The position numbers and the translations under genes are program-made. From Ruditapes philippinarum (Eukaryota), in contig NW_026860867.1 in assembly GCF_026571515.1 (NCBI RefSeq), positions 1 through 64,000 on the forward strand: DNA of 64,000 nucleotides, given 5' to 3'. Numbering within the stretch: the stretch's first letter is position 1; each line of letters begins with the position of its first letter. Below the pieces are notes generated by a model that made no database searches, was not told the DNA's origin, and worked only from the letters and a program-made list of their open reading frames with translations. Below, piece by piece: positions 12,570 through 25,783 of this stretch.

Positions 12570-13378
12570 TTTTTGTGCATTTGGGGCATTTATAAGATTT
12601 ACCCTTGTCAGTTCGTCCGTCCATCCGTCCGTCCGTCCGTTCTCATTTTGTGTCGCACGTAGCTCTAGGTCAAAACGTATTTGACATAGAGTCATGAAAC
12701 TTTACAGGAATGTTGCTCAACATGTGTAGCTGTGCACCTTTGTATTTTGTGTTGATTCATTCAGTATTTGAAGTTATTGCTTTTGACTAAGTAAAAATTT
12801 GCAATTTTCAAGTTGTGTCGCACGTCGCTCACTAAGTATTTGACCTAGAGTCATGAAACATTACAATAATGTTGCTCGGCATGTTAAGTTGTGCACCCGG
12901 GGTCTCACTTGTGGATATAGTCTGTTTTGAGTTATTGTTATTGACTTAGTAAAAACCGTTCTATTATGTTGTGTTATTGGTTCCTTGAGCGTTCAAGTTA
13001 GAATCAACCAACTTTACAGGAATAATGATCAACATCACTGTGAACCTATGCATCTGGGGTATGGCATGTGGATTATTTTACGTTTTGTATGAGATTTTGC
13101 CCTTGAATTAGTATAAATTAGTATGAATTTGCAATTTTCAACTGTTCATGCATAACTCAAAATTATTAGTCCTGTAGTCTTGAAAGTTTATAAGAATGTT
13201 GACAAGCACGTGTACTTTTGCACAGTTGGATTTGCTTGTGGATTTATTGAGTATTTGCCCTTTACTTAGTAAAACATTTTTAGTTTTCAACTTTAGGCAC
13301 ATGGAACCCAAAAACTATTTGACCTAGAGTCATACGATTGACTTAACAGTGGAGTGTGGGGCACAACATTTCTAGTTA
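12570..13378 (+). mobile_element. HINE/DTC84-like non-autonomous (Helentron-associated) element with (GTCC)n and tandem core repeats
   Basis: (GTCC)n at 12615-12640 is followed by 4-5 degenerate ~160-170-bp units (TATTTGACCTAGAGTCATGAAAC..GAATGTTG..GTGCACC). Confidence 0.75.
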
Positions 13379-13589
13379 ATTTTTCACCATTCATTTATTG
13401 TATATTAACAGTACAGACAGTAATGGCGTTCTATAGATCAATATCGTTATTGCTTAAGAAAAGTTCTATGTCAAATGTATTTTTGATAATGGGAATTCTT
13501 CAACAAAGTGTTTGTTTGAACTAACCAGTTTTTCTTAGCAACAATCGTTTTCCATTTCAAATGAAGGAAGGACAGTGAAGATCAGGCAT

Positions 13590-13689
13590 AGATTGTAAAC
13601 TTCTATTGTCATTGTTTGAACCGATACCCAAGTCATGCTGATGGCCATGAAAGCGAATGCATTTGTAATCGCGTCATGGTGTGAAGTAT
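13590..13689 (-). pseudogene. Orphan relic of SLC22 exon 6
   Basis: TATATCAG acceptor followed by DTSHHDAITNAFAFMA---ISMTWVSVQTMTIEVY, versus paralog DAPHKDALTNAFALFANTGIVTAWGPIQTMTIELY. No neighbouring exons seen. Confidence 0.8.
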
Positions 13690-16600
13690 CTGATATAACT
13701 ATGCTCTGCAAATACACCCAGTTAATAGTTAATCAAATAATCATTGGAGTAACGAGGTCCTCTTTCTAAACCAGCTTCATGCTCAGTGATTTAACAGCAG
13801 GTTTAATGTCCATCAAAATACAACAGAGCTACAAATGAATAAGAAGTAATGACTCAATTTACATTTATGGTACTTGCATCTTCAGTAGCAAGAAAGATTT
13901 AACTAAAGAAAAAGATACACTGATTTACCTTCAAGAATCATAAAAAAGCAAACCATCTTAATTCATTTTTTCTTTCACTTTGAGTTGCGGTAAATATGAA
14001 ATTCCTTAAAATGTTTTATCTTTACTCTACCTACGTAGAAACTCCTAGAAATAATAGTAAAAGGATGGCAATGTGTTTTTGGAAAGAAGTCCACAGTTTA
14101 ACATTCTCAGCAGTCTGAAACATTCGTAAAGTAAGCTTGTGTTCAGCACAATGAAAGTTAATCATAAACGAAGTTTCTTTTTTAAGTGAACACCAACACG
14201 ATTTCTATACCTAATCTGTCATTTTTGAAGCTCTATCCGATCAAAAAAATTAAAAGATATGGATATTTCTTAAACTTTTTCACATTGACTTCAAAGTTGT
14301 TTTTTTATAACAAAAGAACCACTTTGCAAAAGAAGATGTAGGTGTTGAGACAGAAACTACAGAGAAGAAAACAATAAAGTAAAGGAAATATTTCGGGCTT
14401 ACCCTTCCCCGGGATCAAATATAAGGAGACACTGCTTAACAAATTGCATTATACTCGCGATTTCACTCTCTTAAAGTAACAAAAAGCATATTGAGGTATA
14501 TTTTCCAACAGCTTGGGCTATTCCTGGCACAAGTTCCCCAACTATAACACCCACAAAGCAAACGATAAAAGAAAGTTTAACCTAAATCTATAAGTCTAAG
14601 AGTTACAATTTAATGAATACCTTTTATACATGATACTTTTATATCATAAAAAACGAACATTGTCACTATGATATACTTGTTCAAATTTTCAAAAGATATA
14701 TACATTTAGTGACATGTTAGGGGCAGACTTCTTATGTATCCAACGATCAAATCTAGAGGTCATTTATCAGACCGATTGTTTAAACATTCAATTATATGTT
14801 TTCAGAAACATTTAATATATGTCTATTAACACAACACAATAACAGTATTTAGGTCATTTGTTTAATTTTTCAGATAGTCGAGCATGCGATCCTCGGATAA
14901 CAAACCCGATACTTTCCCCATTGAGCTAAGCGGGCGGACGCCAATTTGTACCCCCACCTGAATGCTTCCATTTACACGTATACACCGTATACAGATAGTT
15001 ACAAAGTTTGCCGAGTATACGATTTATTTGCTGATGAATTGACTACAGTATACCCATACCTAGTCAAATAGACAGTAATCAGTTTTGCTGGTATGCTAAC
15101 GATAATGAACAAGAACAAATTGAAGTAGATATTCTTGCTATAGCGTGGATGCCAAAGCTTTTTATACCATAAAATACCAAACCAAAAGCAAACCTATATC
15201 AACAAGATAATTTTCTTAAGCAATTTAATTCTGCTTTTCTAAAACTACAACTATAAAACCATGTGCAAAGTATGAAAGCAACAATGCAATAAAATGATTA
15301 TAATCATTTATAGTATATTTAATGTATTCAAATGTTATGATAAAAAAGAAATGGAAGAAAAAATATTGTACAAATAAATGTAAACAATCCACCGCATGTA
15401 ATGAAGTGATGTTATACAATACTATTTGCAGTTGATGGAAAGCGATACTGTTGTATTTGCTAATTCCTGTGACTAAAACAGATTAATATATTTTTTTGTC
15501 ATCTTAGTTCAGATAAAGTATGACAATGTCCGATATGGGACGCTAATTGATCCTAGCATCACGTGCTTTAACCTTGGATGCGTCTACAACGCGATTCCTA
15601 GCTTTTTGCCATAGAACAGTTTCAGGTTAAAACTGAAAATATTAATCGCATAATGATGCAAAAGTAAATAAAGATATGCATTAAAATATTTTATTTAGAA
15701 CGAAAGTATTAAGAATATATATGAAATATCTTTAACTAAATACACTCGTTAAAGGCATATATTGTTTATAAATTAACTAACACGTGTTAAATTATAATTT
15801 AAGGCAATTACTGTGAACTTGAGAATGACTTACAACCAAGTCAGAAGACAATGTAGAACAAGGAGACAGCACAGTAGTTGAATATACCGCCAATCCTGAA
15901 CAGCCAAACACAATGCAACAAATAAGTAAGAAAGTCCAAGTAGGAAAACCGAACAGGCATGGACACCATCTAGCTAATTAATATACTGAACAGTCCAACA
16001 CGTTATGTACCTCCATAGAAATGTAATATACGTTCAAAGACAATGCAGAGTAATCTGGCGGTACAAACACGGCTTTAAGTGTTATTTAAGTCATGGTTAA
16101 AGGTATCAACATATGTTCAATGACATGTCCTTCAGGAACAAAAAAGCCAAGAAAGCTTTATGGCCAAGTGTGACATAAAAAGGAATATTTATATTTATTG
16201 TTTATAATTCCTTTTTGCGACCACGTCAGACTTAAAAGTCATTAAGATAATCATTGAACAATGTCAAAAATCATTTATTATCAAGAAAAGAGGTATATTT
16301 TTAAATAAAATATAACAGAGATTTATTTATAATAATATGTAATCTAGCTCGAGTTTACCACAAATATAAAAAGAAACATATCCCACGAAGTTAATAATCA
16401 TGCTGAATAGTTCAGAACAAGTAATAATGTACATAAACGTTTATTTAACATCTCAGTTTACCTACTTTAATCCTTTGAATTGACTTTTATATGAATGATA
16501 GTACAAAATTAAGTCTTAGCACCTTTCAACTTGTAGGTTAATGCACGCTAAATTTTTGTCCCTTGAATTTTTTATTTCCAAAGACTGATAAAGTTACTGT

Positions 16601-19142
16601 CACGATTATCATTATTTACGATAAGTCGCTTGATGATACCAGAGAAAATTTATACCTGATACTTTCAACAGCGGGTTATGTATGCGCATTTGAAACCCGC
16701 AATTTTCCTTATATCCGTTAATGTAATCACGTTTTGGGTACTAACCGCTTTAATCAAGTCAAACGATTGTTTTGTCGGCGACAAAATTAGAAATCACAAG
16801 GATTTTTTCGATGAGAAAAGAAAGAGAGAATAGTGCATAGATAAGAAGTTCAATGCGTTAAATATGATATTACACATGTAGCAAGCATTTGTACACTGTC
16901 ACTGACAATTTGGGTTCTATATCCGGGTTACACATTTTAGGCACACTTAAATTGAAATTGTAATATATATATATTACAAATTATTCATCGAATTAACCAG
17001 GGATCTTCAAATTTGGAAAAATGCGGAAAAATTCAAATTATATCCTTATATTACTATTTGTATCGGTTACTTGTCAACAATTCTCGCTTCTAAGCAGTTG
17101 ATTTTTCCTTTTGATTAGATTTAATTGTTTACTAAATTGTTTGATGCTAAAAAGAATTGTCTTTTCCGGTATCGCTATTTTGTCATCCATAGAATTCGCA
17201 TGTTCGAAATGTAACTTCGTTTCTAGCGAATCTTAGTGTAAAAAGGTCTATGAATTATGTTTGTTCGAGAAAGTTTTTGCATTGAAACTATTTGGCTTTC
17301 TTCATTGGGATTTCAAGGACAAAGAAAGAGCAAAACAACTACACGTGTTTTACAAAAAAATATAAAAATGTTTTAATTCTGTAGTGTAGCAAATCTCTCT
17401 TAAATAATTAACTGTTATAAATATGTAAATTATTATTATATACGTTCGCGAGTAGATTAGACAAGTAAAAAGTTGTTGTATAAGGTATTGTGTTCTTCTC
17501 TATACAAAGGTACTAGTTTATTTGTTTTCGTAAGTTCACATTACTTCAAATTTTTTCAATTCAAATCTTATTTAATTATTGCATTAATCTAAGTCTAATC
17601 TAAACATGTTAATCTAGTTTCAGCGATGTGTATTTAACCTTTCTTTTAAATTAAGGTTTCCTTAATTATTTACCGTACTAAATAATTCGAATAATGTCTT
17701 TACCGGTCGTTGTCACACATTTGGTTTTGAATCTTGATCTTATGTTGACACACGTACCAGTAAGGCACAAATAAAATCTTGTTTATTTCTTTTTAATTGT
17801 TGGTTTTGTTTTTATTGTCACGGGTCACATAAAATAGATCAATTATGGCTTTAAGTAACAAATACAGTGCTGGTCATCCGTGTCTTTATTATAGCTGTGA
17901 AGACACCAAAATAAGAGATCCCATTTCGCCGATAAATACACTGTGTTAATTGTGTGTGCATGTTTGTTCGCGTGCCTATGTTACATTTTTTCTCCCATGT
18001 TTATTAGCTATTGTTTTCTTACTTATATTACATTATATATATATACAAGGTATGATATATAATTAAAGCTTTATAAATAAGAAAACAATATAATTATATA
18101 TAAACAATATACATGTATATATTGTTTTCTTATTTATATTACATTATATATATATGTATGTAATACTTGTTGGATTCCTGCCGGCAATGTTTAGGTGTAC
18201 AATTTGTAATATAGAGAAACCTAATGCAATATATATCTCTTATTTGCTAATATCTTATCGCAACGTTTGCAAATAGCCAAATTACTATACAACGCATGGT
18301 GTAATATCTATGTTGTCTATTTCGATCAAATACCTGAAAATACATTATGAATAAAACACAGTAAACCTACCGTTTATAACAAGAGCTTTGAATACTGATG
18401 CTTACGCCGTTTAGTCGAGCTATAGTTAATTAAGTCGATTATAAACAACTATGACATTTTATAGGGAAGAAGGTTTATGTAAGGAGATTTTATGATCTAT
18501 GGTAGGTTAATATTTTGTTATTTTTTAAATTTATTTACGGACGTTCACATAAAGTGTATAATAAATGTTACTTTTAAATAAGCTTTATCTTTAACTTTGG
18601 GTCAACCTATTTTACAGAAAATAAAGCGTTAAAATAAGAAATCAGTGAACTACGCAACAAAAATGAATTAGAGTGAACTCATTTTCTAAAAGTTTTTTAA
18701 ATATTAATAAAACAAACAGAAATGCACCATTTAGATACTCATATAAAATATTTCTTTAAAAAGAGTTCCATGATGAATAATATTATTTTGTTCTATAGCA
18801 TTAGTTTTCTGCTCTCTCTCTATATATATATTTGTAATATCGAATCATGTATGATTGCATCTCACACTTTGCAGAAAATCCATTTATATATCAGTCATAG
18901 TCTGTTGTCTTGAATGATACTACATTGCATTCTATCAGTTTAATTATTCATGTTAATAACAAACCTATCATTGTGGACAAATTCGCTTTAAGGTATGGAA
19001 ATAAAATGAAAGTCGGGGCCAGTCACAATTGCTTGTAACAAGCCTTGACTTTCTACAGCATTGTAATTATATAGATGAAGATGTACGTTCTCAAATACTA
19101 TGCTTAGAAAAACAAATTTATTTGCAGTAACTCACTCTGGAA

Positions 19143-22100
19143 ATGACTGTTTTTCAACGAAATAACAAGGACGAGGAAGAGAAAATTGGCCCAGATGAAA
19201 TAATCGATGAAATCGGAGGATGTGGGCGGTTCCAAATTCGGATGAGTATCATTGCTCATATGATGAAAACCATTGTCTGCTTTAGTTTTGCTGGAATGGT
19301 TATTTTTACCGCTCCACCTGATTGGTGGTGTGAAAGTGACGCCCTGCTGCACAATATGACGTCATGTAGTAGATTTGAAAATCGGACATCTGTGAACTAC
19401 TGTCAGAAGCATTCATGCTACACGGCTAATGGTTCACAATGTACGTCATATGGCTTTGATGATAGTTTAAGTACTGCTATAAATGAGGTAACCTTTCTAA
19501 CATTCTTTTCTTTAATGTCAATCAAAAAAAAAACAATGATCTATTTGACTGACAGTTTAAGACTCGTTATATCAATATCTCCTTATTGTATAAAGAAATT
19601 ATGAAGCCAATTTAAAGGTGATCGGTGCTTCAATCAAAATATCCATCCATGAGTATTTTCTCATCTTTTCCTCATCCGCTGTCATCCTTTGCTCATCCGT
19701 TCAAAAGTATTTATTGTCTGAATTTCAAGCGTACGGAAGTATGATTGTTTAATACTTAACATTCTTACTTTGATTTGAAATGTTGAATCAGATGTCTTTG
19801 ATATCTTTTAAGGTAAAGAATTGTCCTCTTATGTGTTGCAGCTGCAAATACTTCTCGTTCATCATTCAGTTTAACAATAATTACAAAACATTTCATCTTT
19901 TAAACTTGCAACCTGGGACGTTAATTTACATTAACATCAGTTACTGTCATTCTTTAACTAGCTCTATTAAGACAAGTCGGCGGCAGTTAAGTTTGGTCGT
20001 GATGAAAAATATTCAAATACTCCTTCTATTAATTTCTTTAATTCTTGCATGACAAATTAAGGTTACTATAGACCCAAACATAAGTTAAAATATTTAGTTT
20101 ATTCGAGCTTCTGAATATGTATTCAGTGTAACAGTGTGAAATAATTTTGAATTGTAAGAAATCTCAAATGAGCATGAAATTCTTCCTTAGTTATTTTTTT
20201 TTCTTTACTTTTCTTTCCTTTTCAGTTCAATCTAGTATGTGACCAAGACTTTATTCCAAGTACGATCAATTCCATCCAACTTGCCGGAATAATGTTTGGA
20301 AACCTTATATCAGGGCAAATTTCGGATTTGTTTGGACGAAAACGGCCTATGTTTATGTCCATTGTTATCATAATGGCGGCAAATCTTCTTGGATTTTTCT
20401 CCACGTGTTGGGAAATGTTTGCTGCTGCTGCCTTTTTCACTGGAGTTGGAGGAGGTTTTTTCCTGACTACCCATTATTGTCTTTTGTCGGAATTTTCACC
20501 AGCAAAATGGCGTGTATGGATTACTGGCTTTCCCTCTTGGCCGGTGCAGGGGTGTTTCTTATCACTTGTATCTTGGCTTTTACACGACTGGAGATATATT
20601 CAATTAGTAACAGCAATTATGGCCTTGCCATTTCTGCTTTCTTGGTTGTAAGTTCTTTGCAATATTTATATTAATTCAAGTAAATCATTTGTTTTGTTGC
20701 ACATGTAATGCATGATTTTATCACTTTTCAAACGTTATGTATAATTTATGCATGGTCTAGTGAAAGTAGCTATGTAGAAACTTGAATGATAATTTCACAT
20801 AAAGAAGAATCTCAACATTCAATGACATTTTAGTACCATATTTATAATTTAATATTTTAACAATGCAAACATTCATGAAACATAGATTTCAAGATAATAA
20901 CTGAAACAGTCAACCTGTATATACGATAAACTATTAGATTTGGAATTATTCTTATTGCAAAGACATGGAACTAACCCCCTCCCCCTAATATTGTGAACCG
21001 AGATGAATACTCAAAAATTTTTTTTATAGTGTCATTCCGGAAAGTTTCCGATGGTATTTAGCACATGACAAACCGGAAAGAGCCGGAAATATTCTCCGAT
21101 CTGTAGCGAAGTACAATAAACATAATGATGTCAACTTCAATAAGGCTTTAAAGAAACCGGAAGATACACACGACCGGCGATATACTGTTTTAGATTTGTT
21201 CAAAACGAAATATTTGATCAGGATATCATTGCTTTCATCTTTGAGTTGGTAAGAATGACGACATACAATGTAATTGTAAAAACAGTTAAAAACTACATAA
21301 TCATTGAATTCATAATTGTAACACATGTAAAATGCTAAACTTTACTCAAGTCGATGCTAGTTCGACTTGGACGGTAACTTGCATTATCCAGTATCGTCAG
21401 TGAAATCGAGCCTGCAACATTTTCAATTTTGCTGTGTTGGGGAAACTTCTTTTGGGATTATTATTTTCTATATTTAATAAATTTTCGGTTGTAAACTCGA
21501 CATTGAACATTGATTTAGCGTACCATATTGCTACAGTGATATTTCAAATGTATAAGTTGTTTTTTGAAATCCAAATTTTTAAAATTACCAATATATTTGA
21601 TTTGTCGTCAATGCTTTATATATCAATACTATAATAATTATGACATTTTTTTAAGGTTTGCTCTTGGATTTTGTTCTTTTGGTCTGGCTTTTGGGATCCA
21701 GTCACTGTCAGGAAACATTCATTTTAATCTGTTCTTGTTTAGTTTAACCGGAATCCCTTCAAAAGTGATAGCACTTTGGCTACAGAATAGGTACTTGATT
21801 GTTATATTCCATTATTCCTGTCAACTTGGCTCTCGGTATACCAATTTATTGCCAAAAAATAACATGTAGCAGTAATAAATAATGAGATAAAATTATAGTT
21901 GTATTTTGATGTCGCAAATTTTAGATTTGTAATATATAAATAATTGTGTTTTTATCTGTTTAGCAATGATTTCGTGCATGGGTCATTCGCTTTGATGGTA
22001 ATTTAGTAAGAAAAGTCTTTCAAACAAGCATTTTGGAAGTATCTTTTTTAATGAAAATACAAGCAATCATCTTTGCAGCAGATATATTGCCTTGACTTTA

Positions 22101-24316
22101 AATAAGTCATTTAAAGACTTAATACCTTTATTTCAAATAGATACAATACATTTGATTTTACTTTAAATTATCAGTCGCACGAAAATTAAATCAATATTTA
22201 CAATACGCGATGTTGAAAGAATACATGACTAGTCATATAGTTTATTAAAATTGACGTGCAGGTTTGGTCGTCGAGCTTCGTGCATGTTGTGCTTTGTTAT
22301 CGTTATGATTGGAGGGTTTACTGTTGGTATTGTACAAACCACTGGTAAATATTTACAAAATATACAATTCTTGTTTCGAATGTATCAGGTTTTTTTGAAT
22401 ATATTAGAACATTTAAGAGGTAAGTCTTAAGATGAAGGAGGTCCTGCTGGAATTCGATATCATTAAAATGATCCATTATGGAATACATGATTTAAGCCAT
22501 AGCGTTGCTTGATTTGTTGAATTTCAAAGAAATAAAATAAGGTAGGAATAATAAATTGATATCAATGATATTTTGCTATATAAAACAAGAATGACTAGGT
22601 GGAGTTAAAAATTTTCTATTTTGGATAATCAAATATTTGAATGTTTAAAAGTTAAAAACTTAAAGGAACATAATGTTCTAATTTTCTTACTGTTATTTAA
22701 AAGGCACTACAAAGATAATAAAAAATAACATTTCTACTACAGACGCTCCTCATAAAGATGCTCTCACAAATGCATTTGCATTGTTTGCAAACACTGGTAT
22801 TGTGACGGCATGGGGACCAATTCAAACAATGACTATAGAGTTGTATCCAACGGTTATTCGGTGAGTACCTTTGCTTACTAGTATTTAGATACTCTCCATC
22901 CCAAAAGCGGTTAGCTCAATATGTAGATCGTTGGACTTTGAATCGGGCGGCCCGGGTTCGATTCCCTGACGTCGCAGGTCACTTTCGTTGTGATTGATTA
23001 TGAAATCTTTACTACGGTCATTCCCACTGTACCTCTGCTCTGGCAAGTACAGAAGTTTCAGTTTCTTGCGAAAGTGAAGGCAACTTGTACTGGTAAACTG
23101 CTTGACAGCCTGCCCAGGAACGATGCGGTGGTTGAACTGTGTTCTGGTGAATTCAATGTGGCTTACTGTCGTGATCCGGAATGCAAACTACCATCACCAC
23201 CACCAAAAGCGGTTTTATGATTATAAGATGTGTTTTGTTGGATTAAAATAACATATCGACACTGTAAAGGTAACATGTTAACCTTCTATGAATTCCTTAG
23301 CTAACTATCTGCACATTTATTTAGCAACGCGCATGCGCATGAGGTGTAGCACCGGCCTTCCGTAAGCTTACTAAATATCTTCCATTGTCTTCGACGTGAT
23401 AATTTCGGAAGTTTGTGTTAAATTAGGGCCAAGCAGAAAATAACACAAATTATGGACCATATCCTTACTTTTTTTTTTAAAAACAAATACTTCAGGGAAA
23501 AATTTTAGAACACTTCGAAAAAGACTAAAATTTTAATCTATTTTAAAAAATTTTTAATTTATCGTTAACAAAATTAAAAAAAAAGTACATTCTTCTTTTT
23601 GAAAAATACACTTAAGTCTCCTTTCCAACTAAATTATTTGTTGTGTGAACGTAATGTCTTATTTTTTCTTAGTTGCATCATATATTTAATATATGTTTTT
23701 CATATTTTTTTTAAAAATTCGTTCATTTCTCAACAGAAATGTTGGGTTTGGCACACTAAGTGTGACCGGAAGAATTGGGGGAATAATTGCCATGCAGATC
23801 GTCTATTTGGTAAGTACCGTTTAAAAATTTGTAATAGTACAATTTATGTGCAGAATGAATCTTTGAAAACTGTTCCCTTTAAACAAGCTATCTTGCACGG
23901 TAGTTACTAAAATTTGAAGATTGATGCTTTTTGTGATATGCTTTCGATATGTTGGTGAGTTTATAATCAGAATACAATCTTTTTTTTTTAGATAGTATTC
24001 CATATCTTTGAGAATGAAAATATTTCATGACAGTATTATTTGGGACGATTTAAAATATCATGAAATGAAATGTATATTTTATATGAAATGAAATATATTT
24101 TTGATATATTCCTTACGTTTTTTAGTATTCATACCTTTAATATTTCTCTTCTATTTCAAGAACATGCATGTGCCAGGGTTACTATTTTACGTTTGCGCTT
24201 CGATATCTGTCGCAACATTGGTCAGTCTTATATTCTTACCTGAGACAATGGACAAGAATCTAACAGACAAAATCAAGGAGAATAATAATCTAAATAATAA
24301 AATAGTTCCTGCGTAA
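19143..24316 (+). CDS. SLC22-family (Orct-like) organic ion transporter, gene B, complete, 516 aa
   Basis: Exons 19143-19487, 20226-20647, 21030-21248, 21656-21790, 22262-22344, 22743-22860, 23737-23809, 24161-24316. All introns are GT-AG and the exons sum to 1551 nt in frame. Motifs: DLFGRKR, PESFRW, ELYPTVIR, LPET. Confidence 0.95.
22913..23202 (+). mobile_element. tRNA-derived SINE (Meta-domain-like) in gene B intron 6
   Basis: A box TAGCTCAAT and B box GGTTCGATTCC; central TGAAATCTTTACTACGGTCATTC; (CCA)n tail. TSD CCAAAAGCGGTT at 22901-22912 and 23203-23214. The site is empty in gene C. Confidence 0.85.
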
Positions 24317-24974
24317 TGGAGGACACACCTTTTTTAATGTAGAGAATGAACAATTTGTTTTGTGCTAAAGTGTCTGAACATTTGACATCATTGCTAAGAC
24401 TAGATTCTGCTTGAATGTTTGTAAATGTACGTGTTAATTGTAATAACGTAATCCCAACCGTCACCCCCGTATCAACAGCAATAAAAAATAACAAATATCT
24501 ACAGGAAAAAACAATTTAGTTATATGAACAGTATATGTTTAAAGTCTAAAACAGTGAAAGTTCACAATACCTGTTATACAAACATATTTAAAAAGGTAAA
24601 ACAAGTAGTTTAAATTTGACCCTTTACATTGCTATTGAGCTGTAGAAAAGAGTGAGCTTAAAATGCAAAACCCGAATTGCGTTATGTTGAGAGCATTCAG
24701 CATAAATATATAATGTGTCTAGTTCTGAAATAATTATTGCATACATTTATAAGGATAGTTTCGAGATTTGTTTTTAGCACACAATAATAATTAACCGGAT
24801 TTGCTGAACAGCGTTCTGGGGATACTGCCTCGATCCGGAGGGTTAACTACCAACACCGAATTAATTTCAGAACTCGTCAAAAATAATTTAAAAGCAGATA
24901 AATAAAAACAACATGATTTTTTTGGGGGTGGGGGTGGGGTGTCGATGTAAATTTAACATGATAAATGCGATACA

Positions 24975-25110
24975 TACTAGAAAACTTCAAATAAAAAGGG
25001 TCAAAGAAACTGCCTACAAAACTTATGTAAGGCCCCAGTTAGAATACTGTTCCACGGTTTGGCACCCTTGGCAAAAATATCTAGATTACAAAAAAGAACA
25101 TAAGACACAC
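24975..25110 (+). mobile_element. Short LINE reverse-transcriptase fragment
   Basis: KETAYKTYVRPQLEYCSTVWHP motif; absent at the paralogous site near 37070. Confidence 0.7.
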
Positions 25111-25499
25111 TTTAGAAAGAAAACCAAAAACCTTGTTATATGACGATTCTTTGCAACAGAAGTGTTAACCAGTATTTGTAATTTTAAATTTGTTAATAAA
25201 ATGAAAATAAAATCAGCTGAAAAATTGGAGGGAGTCTACATTATCAACCTTGGATATGTACTCAAATGATGATTCTTATTCTTAACCTTTGCTGGGGTAG
25301 GTGCGAATTATTTTTGCTTCCAGTCAGCAGTATCTACAAGAGAGCATAGTGAAAATCTTTCATACGCTGCTAACTAAGAGGCCTATTTGTGAGACTATGC
25401 TATAGATAATCTCATATCCGCGAGATCAATCACAGACATCAGTCACCTATCTTAAGTGCTTGTTTGTTTTTATATTTTATTTTATTCATACCGAAAGAA

Positions 25500-25612
25500 A
25501 AGGTCAGACGTCGACTTTCGAACATTTCTGGTGGAGGAAGACCTAAGGTGCCTCTTTGTGCATTATTTCAAGCACTGGGTATCATTTGAGTAAAGCCACT
25601 CACCTTCCGCAT
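25500..25612 (-). mobile_element. Degenerate V-type SINE fragment (paralogous copy at 37430-37540)
   Basis: GGTGGAGGAAGACCT..GTGC..GTGCATTATTTCAAGCAC is the reverse complement of the core of SINE 34919-35185. Confidence 0.7.
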
Positions 25613-25679
25613 TGTCCCAGCTACAATGCTAGTGTTACCTTATCATGAATAACACAATTATATTAAAAAAAGATGACAC

Positions 25680-25783
25680 AGGTCCTCCTGGGATCCTTGC
25701 CGCAAGGTCTTGTTGCTGGGTCGTACGGAGGTTGTTGCGTTCATTGAACGCCGCCTTTCCTTGATGATCTTGTTTATCATATT
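25680..25783 (+). repeat. ~100-bp dispersed repeat, copy 3
   Basis: Reverse complement of 1470-1571 (TTGCGTTCATTGAACGCCGCCTTTCCTTG..GATCTTGTT). Confidence 0.75.

Noticed and set aside
16958-16979. Perfect 22-bp palindrome
   Set aside because: Mostly a (TA)n run, expected in AT-rich DNA.
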